DNA from: Bacteroidota bacterium
GTDB taxonomy: Bacteria > Bacteroidota > Ignavibacteria > Ignavibacteriales > Melioribacteraceae
Reading direction: 5' to 3'
Length of the DNA stretch: 64,000 nucleotides
Assembly (NCBI GenBank): GCA_021801605.1
Contig: JAJYXU010000096.1
Location: 12,290-76,289, forward strand
Notes under the pieces: model-generated
Told to the model about the DNA's origin: nothing
Database searches by the model: none
Seen by the model: the letters and a program-made list of their open reading frames with translations, nothing else
Position numbers and translations under genes: made by a program
Shown: in pieces, positions 10,463-20,349 of the stretch
Layout: the number at the start of each line of letters is the position of its first letter
Position numbering within the stretch: position 1 is the first letter of the stretch

Positions 10463-11928
10463 TCTGCCAGATATTTTTGAGAAAGTTCTTTATCGGAAAA
10501 GTGCTTACGCACTCCATTAATTTCTTGATAGTTTTCGTGTCCTTTACCGGCAACAAGTATAACTGCATCGTCCTCGCTTTCTAAAATTGCAGAGCGAATT
10601 GCTTCTTCCCGATTTTCAATTACACGATAGTTATTAGTTTTTATTCCCTTTAAAATCTCATCAATGATGAAAAAAGGGTCTTCCGTTCTCGGATTATCGG
10701 ATGTTACATAAACACGTTTGCTCATTGATGCTGCTATCTCACCCATAATAGAACGTTTAGTTCTGTCGCGGTCGCCTCCGCAGCCAAAGACAGTGTAGAC
10801 GCAACGTTCATCTTTTACTATATGATGAATTGCAGTAAGCGCTTGCTTTAGGGAATCGCTCGTGTGCGAATAATCAATAATTATTTTTTTATTTTTTCGG
10901 GAAACTATTTCAAATCTTCCCGGGACTTGCGGAGTTGAATTAATTCCTTCAACGGCAACTTCAGGATCTATACCGCTTACAACAGCAGTTGCAAAAGCCG
11001 ATGCTGCATTGAAAGCGTTAAAATGTCCAACCAAACTTGTTGTAAGATGATAATCAATTCCTTTCCAGATCAGATCAAAGTTTGTTCCTTCTAATGAAAA
11101 CTCTACATTCTGCATTCTGCATTCTGCATTTTTATCCATTCCGTAAGAATGTTTTTGCGCCGGTGAATTTTTAACAAGAGCAGATGAACTGGAATCGTCG
11201 GCATTATAAATTATTTTCCCATCATGAGGGATCATATCAAACAAAATCTTTTTTGATGAAAGGTAATGGTCAAATGTTTTGTGATAATCCATATGATCGG
11301 AAGTTATATTCGTAAAGATCGCTGCATCAAAATTCAAATAGTCAACTCTATGCAGGTCCAATGCGTGCGATGAAACTTCCATAACACAGTGTGTGCATCC
11401 TTCATTAATCATCTGCCTAAGAAGAGAATTAATTTCATTGGATTGTGGTGTAGTTAGCATTGTTTTAACTTCCATATCACCGATGAAATTTGCGATCGTG
11501 CCGATCAATCCGGTTTTATACCCGGCTTGTTGAAAAACATTTTTAACATAAAAAGCAGTTGTAGTTTTTCCTTTTGTTCCGGTTATGCCTATCAATTTTA
11601 TTTTCTTGGATGGCTCGCCATAAAAAATATTTGAAAATTCGGCGAGTGATTTTCTGCTTTCTGCAACAACAACTTTTACACAGCCACTATGAGAAAAAAT
11701 TTGATCGGGAACAGCATTGGCATTTTGCAAAACAATTGCAGATGCGCCTTGATTTATAGCATCCGGAATAAATTTATGACCGTCCTGTTTTTCTCCAGCG
11801 ATTGCAAAAAAAAGAGAATTTTTAGACACTCTGCGCGAGTCCAAAGTAATATTACTGATCTCTTTCAATTCAGCATTGCCTATTACTTGAATAGCTTTGA
11901 CATTATTTAACAGTTCTGAAAGCTTCAT
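10450..11928 (-). CDS. murE: UDP-MurNAc-dipeptide--meso-diaminopimelate ligase
   Basis: TGTKGKTTT, MEVSSH, GCGGDRD, DNPR (DAP-specificity motif), GKGHE. Confidence 0.97.
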   Translation of the reverse strand: MKLSELLNNVKAIQVIGNAELKEISNITLDSRRVSKNSLFFAIAGEKQDGHKFIPDAINQGASAIVLQNANAVPDQIFSHSGCVKVVVAESRKSLAEFSNIFYGEPSKKIKLIGITGTKGKTTTAFYVKNVFQQAGYKTGLIGTIANFIGDMEVKTMLTTPQSNEINSLLRQMINEGCTHCVMEVSSHALDLHRVDYLNFDAAIFTNITSDHMDYHKTFDHYLSSKKILFDMIPHDGKIIYNADDSSSSALVKNSPAQKHSYGMDKNAECRMQNVEFSLEGTNFDLIWKGIDYHLTTSLVGHFNAFNAASAFATAVVSGIDPEVAVEGINSTPQVPGRFEIVSRKNKKIIIDYSHTSDSLKQALTAIHHIVKDERCVYTVFGCGGDRDRTKRSIMGEIAASMSKRVYVTSDNPRTEDPFFIIDEILKGIKTNNYRVIENREEAIRSAILESEDDAVILVAGKGHENYQEINGVRKHFSDKELSQKYLAEWAK

Positions 11929-13950
11929 TCAGTTAACACTCGCTGGATTTTTTTTGATCGAAGGTTCACATTTAATTATACACTCGGAACCGGGAATGAT
12001 ACTTGAGCCCGGTTCAAGACTTTGCCAAACAACTTTGCCTGTCCCGGAAATTTTGCACTTCAAACCAAGTTCGTTTAATTGAGCTATTGCGTCTCTCACG
12101 GATTGGTTTATCAAATTCGGCATTGAAGAATTGTTTCCATTAAAAAATTTTCTTGTTGAGATATTAGAAACATGTTTATCAGCTACATCAGCAAAAGATG
12201 TTGTTTTTATTTTAGGAGCTGTTTTAATATCTGCGACAAGCCGATCTATCAAATTTTGTTTTCTTTCAATATTTTTTTTGTTAGGAACAAGACTAAGATC
12301 AGTTTCAATCATTCGTTTTGCTACGTCACGAAAAACCGGTGCTGCAACTAACCCGCCATATTCTCCAACTTTGGGCGAGTTAATGAGGATCAAACAAACT
12401 ATTTTTGGATTATCTGCCGGGAAAAAACCAATGAAGGATGAATTATGCTGACTGCTTGAATAAGAATTATTTACAAGTCGTTGGGCAGTTCCTGTTTTAC
12501 CGCCCACCAAAACATTTTGAAGACGTGCAGCAGTTCCGGTTCCATTTTCTACCACGCCAACCATTAAATTTTTAATCCGATCAGAAGTAGATTTGCTAAT
12601 TACCGTCCTGATTTTTCTTGGTTGTGTCTCCTCTAAATTTTTTCCCGTATTGTCTGTAATTTTTTTGACAATATACGGCTGAACAAGAGTCCCGCCATTG
12701 ATCAAAGCGCAATAAGCTGTAATTAATTGCAAAGGAGTAAGAGCAATTTCATAACCAAAAGAAAGAAATGGTTTTGTTAAACCGGAAAACGCACTTGGTT
12801 TTTTTAATGAACCTGCCGCTTCGCTTGGTAATTCAATTTGTGTTGAATTGCTGAATCCAAAGTCACGTAAATATTTGTAAAGTACATCGTCTGCTACTCT
12901 GGCAGATAATTTTGCCATACCAACGTTGCTGGATTGTTCCAACACACCGCGCACAGTTAATTGATTATTCGGGTGAGAATCCAAAATAGGTGTATTCTTT
13001 ATAAAATATTTTCCGTTTTCTACGTCAATCACTTCATCTTCATTCACAAGATTTTGATCAAGAAGAATTGAGAGTGTAATTGATTTCATGGTTGAACCGG
13101 GTTCATATGTATCTGTAATTGCTCTATCTCTTCTTGACTCGGCAGTTGAATATTCATAATTGGCAGGATCAAAATCCGGTGAATTGGCTAAAGAATAAAT
13201 TTCCCCGGTGTTTGGATTCATTATGATTCCAACTGCAGATTCACCGCCAAATTTTTGCATACCATTGGCTAATTCTTCTTCAAGGATTTTTTGATATGTT
13301 TTATTTATTGTAAGAATAATTTGATTTCCTGGAACAGCCGCTCTGGAAAGATTTTCATCAACCGAAACAATTCTTCCAAGAACATCTCTCTCAAAATTAA
13401 AGTAACCGTCGGAGCCGGCTAATTTTTCTTGGTAATTTTTTTCAATTCCCTCTACACCTATCATATCGCGGTTAACAAAGCCAAGTACATGGGAAGCCAA
13501 ACTTCCATACGGGTATATTCTTGAAAAATCTTCCTGCTGATAAAGACCTTCAATTACATTTTTTTTCAATTCCAGAGCTTTCTCCATAGAAACTTTCTTT
13601 TCCAGACAAACATTTCCAACACCGTCGTCAATTATTTTTTTATAATATTCTTTCGGTTTATTAAAAACTCTTGATAAAGCTGATGAAATAGAGTCAATCC
13701 TTTTTGAATTCATCATTCTTGTATCGGCGAAAAAGGAAATGTTATCTGATGTAAAACTGAGGACTTCCCCATTTGCATCTTTAATCAATCCGCGCTCGGC
13801 TTTAACAGTCAACGGTTTATTTTGCTGACGCTCTGCAACAAGCGAATAGTATTCGTGCTTTGCCACTTGTATAGAAAAAAGTTTTGCAACAAGCGCTACA
13901 AAGATCAGCAACAAAGAAGCGGCTAATATTAATGCGCGCGAGCTAATCAT
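11929..13950 (-). CDS. ftsI: Class B penicillin-binding protein FtsI/PBP3 with C-terminal PASTA domain
   Basis: EPGSTMK (SxxK), SSNVG (SxN), KTGTAQ (KTG); MPNLINQS PASTA-like tail. Confidence 0.93.
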   Translation of the reverse strand: MISSRALILAASLLLIFVALVAKLFSIQVAKHEYYSLVAERQQNKPLTVKAERGLIKDANGEVLSFTSDNISFFADTRMMNSKRIDSISSALSRVFNKPKEYYKKIIDDGVGNVCLEKKVSMEKALELKKNVIEGLYQQEDFSRIYPYGSLASHVLGFVNRDMIGVEGIEKNYQEKLAGSDGYFNFERDVLGRIVSVDENLSRAAVPGNQIILTINKTYQKILEEELANGMQKFGGESAVGIIMNPNTGEIYSLANSPDFDPANYEYSTAESRRDRAITDTYEPGSTMKSITLSILLDQNLVNEDEVIDVENGKYFIKNTPILDSHPNNQLTVRGVLEQSSNVGMAKLSARVADDVLYKYLRDFGFSNSTQIELPSEAAGSLKKPSAFSGLTKPFLSFGYEIALTPLQLITAYCALINGGTLVQPYIVKKITDNTGKNLEETQPRKIRTVISKSTSDRIKNLMVGVVENGTGTAARLQNVLVGGKTGTAQRLVNNSYSSSQHNSSFIGFFPADNPKIVCLILINSPKVGEYGGLVAAPVFRDVAKRMIETDLSLVPNKKNIERKQNLIDRLVADIKTAPKIKTTSFADVADKHVSNISTRKFFNGNNSSMPNLINQSVRDAIAQLNELGLKCKISGTGKVVWQSLEPGSSIIPGSECIIKCEPSIKKNPASVN

Positions 13951-14263
13951 ACTTTTCGTTCAATAGTTTTTCAATCTGTTTTATTTGGTCCTTTGAAACG
14001 GAAATCATTTCTAAATTTTCACTCGGTCTAATTAATCCAAGCGAGTCTTGCGCAATTTTTACAATCACATCTTCCGATGTTAGTTTTTGAACCTCTACTA
14101 ACATTGTCTCAATCCTTTTAAATCTTTCATTCAGCATTTCTTGTTTTGTAATTTTTTCCCGATTTATTCTTTTTATTTCAGATCGAACAACTACATACCC
14201 AAGAAGCACCAAAGAAATAATTACCACTATTGCAATAAAATTTTTTAATGACGATCCCTTCAT
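13943..14263 (-). CDS. ftsL: FtsL-like cell division protein
   Basis: TM followed by coiled coil, IA..LGL motif; between rsmH and ftsI. Confidence 0.75.
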   Translation of the reverse strand: MKGSSLKNFIAIVVIISLVLLGYVVVRSEIKRINREKITKQEMLNERFKRIETMLVEVQKLTSEDVIVKIAQDSLGLIRPSENLEMISVSKDQIKQIEKLLNEKYD

Positions 14264-14266
14264 TCT

Positions 14267-15184
14267 TTAGACTCTTTCTGCAACACGCATCTTAGCGCTC
14301 CTTGCTCTTCGATTTTTTCCAATTTCCAAATCTGAAGGAACCACCGGTTTGTGAGTTACCAATTTTAGCCGTTTTATTTTTCCACAGATACATATAGGCG
14401 TTCCCGGAGGACAAATACAGCTTAAACTTTCATACTTAATTTTTTCTTTTACAATTCTGTCTTCCAAAGAATGATAACTAAGAATCACGATTCTACCGCC
14501 GGGCTTTAGAAGTGAAACTGATTTATCTATAAAAACCTTCAGTTCTTCAAGTTCATTGTTCACATAAATCCGCAATGCTTGAAATACACGCGACAATGTT
14601 TTATTTAAGAATCGCTGCGGTGTAACAAGTTCAATTATTTTTTTTAGTTGAGAAGTACGTGATATCTTTTCAGTTAATCTGAATTCTATGATTTTTTTTG
14701 CAATGAGCCGCGAGTTTTTTTCTTCACCGTATTCAAATAAAATTTTAGCAATCTCTTCTTGTGAAAATTTATTCAGCAAATCCGATGCGGAAATTCCTTC
14801 AGCTTTGTTCATCCTGAGATCAAGGGCGGCGTCCTCCCGGAATGTAAATCCCGCTTCAATAGTATCTAATTGAAAAGAGGAAACACCTAAGTCTGCTAAG
14901 ATGCCGTCAAATTGTTCAATGAACTCAAACTTGGAAATCGAATCAATATTTGTAAAGCCGGTGTGGAAAATCGAAAATCGGTTGTCGCCAGAAAATTTTT
15001 CTTTGCAATATTCAAAAGCCGATTGATCTTTATCTGTTGCAATCAATTTTCCTTTTTCGTTTAAGGTGTTTAGTATTGCTTCTGAATGTCCGCCAAATCC
15101 CGCTGTACCGTCAAAGTAAATTCCATTTTTTTCAGTAACCAAAAAATCAATACTCTCTTTCAAGAGAACCGGTTGGTGACTCAT
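14267..15184 (-). CDS. rsmH: 16S rRNA m4C1402 methyltransferase
   Basis: HQPVLL, GFGGHS, DLGVSSFQ, YHSLEDR, RSAKMR. Confidence 0.97.
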   Translation of the reverse strand: MSHQPVLLKESIDFLVTEKNGIYFDGTAGFGGHSEAILNTLNEKGKLIATDKDQSAFEYCKEKFSGDNRFSIFHTGFTNIDSISKFEFIEQFDGILADLGVSSFQLDTIEAGFTFREDAALDLRMNKAEGISASDLLNKFSQEEIAKILFEYGEEKNSRLIAKKIIEFRLTEKISRTSQLKKIIELVTPQRFLNKTLSRVFQALRIYVNNELEELKVFIDKSVSLLKPGGRIVILSYHSLEDRIVKEKIKYESLSCICPPGTPICICGKIKRLKLVTHKPVVPSDLEIGKNRRARSAKMRVAERV

Positions 15185-15630
15185 TTTGGTTTTTTCTGCA
15201 TAATTAATTTTGCTATTTCGGCAAACGGCTTGTTGTTTTCTTTTTTATGTGATTCATAAATCTCGGGACTCCAAATTTCAATTTTTTTATTCTGCCCGAG
15301 GATAAAAACTTCTTTCTCAATTCCGGCAAACTCTAAAAGATTTTTAGGGACTAACAATCGGGACTGTGAATCAAGTTTATATTCAGCGGCAAGTTCAAAC
15401 AACATTCTTTTAAATGCCGCTTCTTCAGAATCAAAATCGTCGAGCTGATTGACGCGGGTTAGAACTTCATCTTTCCAAAAATCTTGCGGATAAATATCAA
15501 TGCATTGAACAATGCCTCTTGTCATTACAAAGGTTTCGTTCGCAGCTTCATTGACATATTTCTTAAAAATGGAAGGAATACTGACCCGTCCTTTTGCATC
15601 AACCGAATATTTAAAGCTTCCTATAAACAT
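15181..15630 (-). CDS. mraZ: Division/cell wall cluster transcriptional repressor MraZ
   Basis: DAKGRV and DSQSRL repeats, IEIW; first gene of dcw. Confidence 0.96.
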   Translation of the reverse strand: MFIGSFKYSVDAKGRVSIPSIFKKYVNEAANETFVMTRGIVQCIDIYPQDFWKDEVLTRVNQLDDFDSEEAAFKRMLFELAAEYKLDSQSRLLVPKNLLEFAGIEKEVFILGQNKKIEIWSPEIYESHKKENNKPFAEIAKLIMQKKPK

Positions 15631-15636
15631 TGTTCA

Positions 15637-15709
15637 TCCACTATTTGGGAAAATTAAACACTATTACCCACCCAGATGCAAAATAACTGTTTTTATGTGG
15701 GATTGTCAA
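15637..15709 (-). promoter_or_regulatory. dcw promoter (TTGACA-N18-TATTTT) followed by candidate MraZ boxes
   Basis: Minus strand TTGACA 15709-15704, TATTTT 15685-15680; GTGGG (15671-67), GTGTT (15661-57), GTGGA (15641-37) on a 10-bp register, as for known MraZ GTGG(G) repeats. Confidence 0.7.
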
Positions 15710-15744
15710 GGTATTTTTGCTTGTGAAGTAGAGAAAAAAATGAA

Positions 15745-16598
15745 AATGGTGAAGATATGGCAATAGATGAGACGAGCTTAATAGAGGGAGAACTCTATAC
15801 GATAGTAATCAACAAGAAAGCAAAAGGTAAAAAAGGAGCTTTGGCAGCAATAATCAAAGGTACGAAATCGTCAATAATAACAAGGGCAATAACAGATAAG
15901 GTACCATTTGAAAAGTTGGTGAAGATAAAAGAGATAACTTTAGATTTAGCAAACAGTATGGATTGGACGGCTCGACAAATAGCTCCCAACGGATTGCATA
16001 CTTACGACAGATTTCATGTTCAGCAGATAGTAATAGACGCAGTTCAAGCCATACGTGTAAACCTAAGATGGAAAGCCATAGAAGAAGAAAATGATGCAGT
16101 AATGAAAGCAAAAGAAATAAAAGTTGAATTCCTGCCAAAGACATTTAGTAACGGAGATACTAGGAAACAGTTGTTGGCACGCAGCAGATATTTTTTATAT
16201 AAGCCGCGGGTCCGATGGACAAAAACACAAAAACAAAGAGCAGAAATATTATTCAGAGAATACCCGGAACTTTTGGAGTCATATAATTTCTCGATCTACT
16301 TCCGAAACTGTTACGAGTACAAAAACAAAAAGTACAGGTTTCAAGATTGGATAGAAAAAGTAAAGTCAACGAGTTTGAAAGAAATGAAAGTAGCTGCACA
16401 AACAATAAAACGTCATCTCGGAGGTATCTTAAACTATTTTGAGAATGGAGCTACCAATGCGGCTATTGAAAGTTTTCATGCTAAATTAAAACTGTTTAGG
16501 CAGAGAATCAGAGGTGTAGTTGATAAAAACTTTTTCTTCTTCAGAATTATCCAATATTTTGCTTAATCAACTTTTGCCACCAAATAATCCGGTGAGCC
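15745..16598 (+). mobile_element. Left-truncated ISL3-family (ISAon1-like) insertion sequence
   Basis: Transposase fragment followed by a right end ...CCACCAAATAATCCGGTGAGCC (GGCTC... on reverse strand, ISL3-like); no matching left IR; left boundary approximate. Confidence 0.8.
15757..16566 (+). pseudogene. ISL3-family transposase, N-terminally truncated
   Basis: AIDETSL..GELYTI, TLDLA, DRFHV, TNAAIESFHAKLK DDE_Tnp_ISL3 motifs; ORF starts only three residues before the first catalytic Asp. Confidence 0.85.
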
Positions 16599-16599
16599 G

Positions 16600-16926
16600 C
16601 AATACCCTAAACCGCCTTTCGGATTTGCGATTTATAATATCAAAAAAGAAAATATTGAGAATGTTTTTTTTACGGATTTTAATGGCGCGGAACCTGCATA
16701 TTTTATATCAGCACAAAATAAATCGGAGCCAGGACTTATTTACGTTCATTTTCGTGATATCGGTACATATTCAATAGATCTATTTGAGCAAAAAGTGAAA
16801 GAGCTAATTTCAGATGAACATGATTTTGTCCTAGATAAAAGAATATATCACTCTCCAGATGGCAAATGGACTGTTGTTCATAAACATTGGAGTGGTGATA
16901 TAAAAGGTAGTATTATAGCAATTTAA
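16600..16926 (+). pseudogene. Headless 108-codon gene fragment abutting the IS right end (beta-propeller-like)
   Basis: Open frame QYPKPPFGFAIYNIKK...YHSPDGKWTVV...IAI* begins 1 nt after the IS end with no start codon; SPDGK is typical of WD40/TolB-like blades. Confidence 0.5.
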
Positions 16927-17079
16927 TTTTGGTGCAAGGTTAAAATTCCATATATTTACAAGAGTAATGTATATAAAAATCTTGCAAAGCCATGGAAAAA
17001 ACTTTAGTGAATTTAACACCCCCACAAGTGAAATTATTAAAAGAATTTAAGCAAGAGGGACAAAGAAGTTTACGAGAAA

Positions 17080-17412
17080 TTAACCGGGTAAATATGTATA
17101 GCTTTGTACCCCTCTTCCAACTATGGTCAATAATGTTGGGGAACCGGTGACTCCATTATGTTTAACCCTTCTCCAGATCTGGAATTGATTTACAGCTGTG
17201 TTTGGATTATCTACCCAAGTAACAAGAATCGGGTCACCTACATCAGCACTTGCGCCAGCATACTCTACGCTGTTGGATGGTTTTCCAACATAAGAAGCAG
17301 TATATGTTCCAGTTGCAGTTGCTGTTATTGGGCTTGAAAATGACTGTCCTAAACTAATCTGACTCAAACCGATTACAAGAAACAACCAAAGATAAATTCT
17401 AAGCTTAAATAT
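17080..17412 (-). pseudogene. Remnant of a secreted protein (signal peptide plus FnIII-like segment)
   Basis: SD AAGGAG 7 nt before an in-frame ATA (17412-10); signal-peptide-like FKLRIYLWLFLVIGLSQISLG; VTW..NPN...FQIWRR...SYT FnIII-like pattern; ends abruptly. Confidence 0.5.
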
Positions 17413-17520
17413 GATCTTTCTCCTTGCTTAATTTTTAAATTATAGGCATGTTTCTGATGCAAATAAAAAGGCAAAGCGTTAAGCTAAGCAGAAGGTGATC
17501 GGCCTTGCTTTCTATTTGCG

Positions 17521-17551
17521 GAGGGAAAAGATGTGCCTGCATCTTTCCCTC
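17521..17551. other. Stable intergenic hairpin
   Basis: GAGGGAAAAGATG-tgcctg-CATCTTTCCCTC (12 bp plus 1 bulge) just downstream of the lipoprotein gene. Confidence 0.55.
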
Positions 17552-17579
17552 ATTTTTAATATTTATTAATCTTACCTCC

Positions 17580-18590
17580 CTAATTTAGTTTCCCATGTAA
17601 AACATAATATATACTATCGATAAGCCGGCAAATAATGAATACTCCATCATCAAAAATTTGAGCGTCAATTATATGTCCCCCTGCGTTATAAATATTGACC
17701 ATATCCGTACCATTATAATGCCCCAAATTCCAGTTGGCATTTGCAGAAAAGAAATCTTTTACTGTTCTACCCCACAAACCTCCCTGATAATCACTCCCAG
17801 TTAGATTAATAACTTCTTTTAATAAATCATCTTTATATTCATAAACTTTTAAATCTGTACCAACATACATTTCATTATTTAGTATCTGAAGAAAAATGCC
17901 AAACTTACTTTTTCTAATCAAACTAAGATTACTACCTTTCAATTTGTACAACCTTGACGGCTCCTGTGGATCTAAAATATTTTGGCCACTGATAAGAACA
18001 TCTCCATTTTCAAGAAATAAAACATTTGTAAAATATTCCTTGATTTGTGGTGTATTTAAAATCTCCCACTTACTTCCATTATAATGAACGATTACTCCTG
18101 TGTAATCTCCGTCTTCTTTCTCAGCAATTCCTACTGCGTATAAATTAGCTCTATAACCATAAATATCTTCAAAGAGAATTCTATTATAGCCAGAGGGAAC
18201 TATTGTTGTGTATTTAGACCACTTAACACCGTCATATCTCCAAATATCACTTCTTGTAGTTACCATCCAGATCTCTGATCGAGATATGCCATGAATACTT
18301 ATTGGTGTAGCAAATTGATCTAGTAAATAGTTACTCCACTTAGTGCCGTCATAATGCCAGACTTTATTCACATAAGTTGCAGCATCTCCGACAACCCAAA
18401 CATCATTTGGTGCTGAACCCCATACACCGCTTAAAAACTGGAAGCCAAATGTATCGGCTCGAAGAGTGTCCCTTGTCCACACATAATCTCTTCTGCCGGG
18501 TTGTAACTCAGATTCCTCAGGAGCGCTATTACATGAAAAAAGAATTGTAAACAAAGAAAGAATTGATACGATTTTTATTAATAATTTCAT
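17580..18590 (-). CDS. Putative lipoprotein with WGS..DVW beta-propeller-like repeats
   Basis: Lipobox LFSC; repeats GVWGSAPNDVWVVG, WHYDGTKWS, WRYDGVKWS, HYNGSKWE, LWGRTVKDFF, HYNGTD. Confidence 0.8.
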   Translation of the reverse strand: MKLLIKIVSILSLFTILFSCNSAPEESELQPGRRDYVWTRDTLRADTFGFQFLSGVWGSAPNDVWVVGDAATYVNKVWHYDGTKWSNYLLDQFATPISIHGISRSEIWMVTTRSDIWRYDGVKWSKYTTIVPSGYNRILFEDIYGYRANLYAVGIAEKEDGDYTGVIVHYNGSKWEILNTPQIKEYFTNVLFLENGDVLISGQNILDPQEPSRLYKLKGSNLSLIRKSKFGIFLQILNNEMYVGTDLKVYEYKDDLLKEVINLTGSDYQGGLWGRTVKDFFSANANWNLGHYNGTDMVNIYNAGGHIIDAQIFDDGVFIICRLIDSIYYVLHGKLN

Positions 18591-18833
18591 CAGAGCCTCG
18601 TTGCGTCGTTAACTATTTTTTGAATTATCACAAATTAATGGACTTAATATATATTCAAACCTAAAAGAATTAGATAATATAATTTTATTAAAAAACTTTA
18701 TCACTAAAATTAGGTATAAAGTCAAACTTAGTTGAGATTTAGAGACTCCATTTAGTTTATTAAGTTACTTTTTGTTGTTCAAGTTTTATTTCTGCTCTTA
18801 ATGCTGGTCTCAGTAAATGTAACTTTCATAACG

Positions 18834-19058
18834 TTAATTCTTCTCATCTTTGTATCTATTTCTAAAAAGTGCAGTAGCAATCCACTTTGGTTTTATATCG
18901 GATTGGGTTTCCATTGTTGGTATCGGGTCAATAACCTTACTAACGCCGGAGAAAAGAAGAGCCGCTGAAATGAAGTAATATAGAACCCCCCATAATATAG
19001 CAGACGGTTTTGCCGCTGTAATACTCGTTCTTAGATTTGTAGTAACGGTGGTAAACAT
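18834..19058 (-). pseudogene. Truncated MauE/DoxX-like membrane protein fragment
   Basis: LYYFISAALLFSGVSKVIDP resembles the first TM / FSG.SK..DP motif of MauE/DoxX; similarity stops after PTMET. Confidence 0.5.
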
Positions 19059-19147
19059 CTGCCAGTACACCAAAAATAATTAATACAAAAATAAGGCGGG
19101 GTTTAAAGAAAGACACTAGCAGAAACACTAGTTTTTACCTGCACTTT

Positions 19148-20143
19148 TTATAGTTTTTCATTACTAGAGACTATACTTTTTACAGGTTTGTTCGTTTTTT
19201 CTATTGTACCGCGGTTTTCGACAGCAAATTTTGTAAGATGACTGGTTTTACAAATCTGGAGTTTGTCTTTTATGTTTCTAAGATGAAAATAGACAGCTCC
19301 CGGAGTGACAAACAATTTTTGAGAAATTTCCTTACAGTCATATCCTTCCGATAGGAAGGAAAGCACTTTCATTTCCATGTTTGTTAATTCATGGAACGAT
19401 TCATTTGCGGACAACTGTACCAGATGCAATCTTTGTGCATTGGGGTTAATATTTTCATTATTGTGAACTATTTCTTTATCTAAAGAATCATATTCGTCAT
19501 AACTTATTTTATCCCGGACCAATTCCGAATTGTAATTGTTTATGGGTATTCCAATTTCAGAAATTTTTACAGTCATTATTCGAAGGAAGAAAGAAGGAAT
19601 TTTAATTTTCTTTCCCGCTCCTGCAATTGATATAATAACGAGCAGTAATATATTACTCGCAACAAAAAATGGATAAAGTAAAACCGATATATAGATATAT
19701 TCAAAATATAAGAAGATTTTAATAGCATCAAGGAGAGTGAGCAGCATTATTATAATTAAAAACAGACTACCTTTTTCATCCTGCTTTATTTCATCGTAAA
19801 AATACTCGATCAGTTGATAAATCATAAAAACAAAAACCAACTCAATACTGATCAATGATATAAAATGATTGTATTCATAATGAAGTAATGTTAGTGAAAG
19901 CGGAATGAACAGAAATACTTTTACTTTAAGATCCTTGTATGGGAAAGCAACAAAAAGCACCATCGTGGCGATAAGGAAATAAGTGTAAGTATCTATATTA
20001 ATAGTGTGGCGAATTAGGTAGAATATGGGAGCTATCAAAGCTGAGACTATAAAGTATCTTAAAAAATGGGTTTTGCGAAATGGATAAATTGGGAATATCT
20101 GGGCAATTAACACAATTAAGAATAGCACTCTGACTAAAGACAT
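19148..20143 (-). CDS. Membrane-anchored LuxR-family transcriptional regulator
   Basis: N-terminal ~175 aa of consecutive hydrophobic segments; C-terminal LTNMEMKVLSFLSEGYDCKEISQKLFVTPGAVYFHLRNIKDKLQI LuxR HTH. Confidence 0.85.
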   Translation of the reverse strand: MSLVRVLFLIVLIAQIFPIYPFRKTHFLRYFIVSALIAPIFYLIRHTINIDTYTYFLIATMVLFVAFPYKDLKVKVFLFIPLSLTLLHYEYNHFISLISIELVFVFMIYQLIEYFYDEIKQDEKGSLFLIIIMLLTLLDAIKIFLYFEYIYISVLLYPFFVASNILLLVIISIAGAGKKIKIPSFFLRIMTVKISEIGIPINNYNSELVRDKISYDEYDSLDKEIVHNNENINPNAQRLHLVQLSANESFHELTNMEMKVLSFLSEGYDCKEISQKLFVTPGAVYFHLRNIKDKLQICKTSHLTKFAVENRGTIEKTNKPVKSIVSSNEKL

Positions 20144-20223
20144 TTTAGCACCTCTGTCTTAGTTATGACCTCTTTTATTTCAACATACTGAAGATATAAT
20201 ATAGAAAGAGTTTTTGGATCTAG

Positions 20224-20349
20224 CATTAGTAGTTGTACTAATGTTTATAACATTTTCGACCGTTTTTGGCGAAAAACCTTAGTAGTTGGACTAGTGTTGT
20301 TTAGATTGAAAGGACTTTAGAATTAAGGGAACAATGGGGGAGTTGGACT
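20224..20349. promoter_or_regulatory. Three related candidate operator boxes upstream of the LuxR gene
   Basis: Palindrome CATTAGTA-gttg-TACTAATG (20224-43); TTAGTAGTTGGACTAGTG (20279-96); core AGTTGGACT (20341-49). Confidence 0.55.

Noticed and set aside
939..15766. Many short plus-strand ORFs across dcw
   Set aside because: Antisense to well-supported genes, no motifs
18940..19128. 62-aa minus ORF overlapping the MauE/DoxX fragment
   Set aside because: Alternative frame with no motif; the other frame carries the family-like signature
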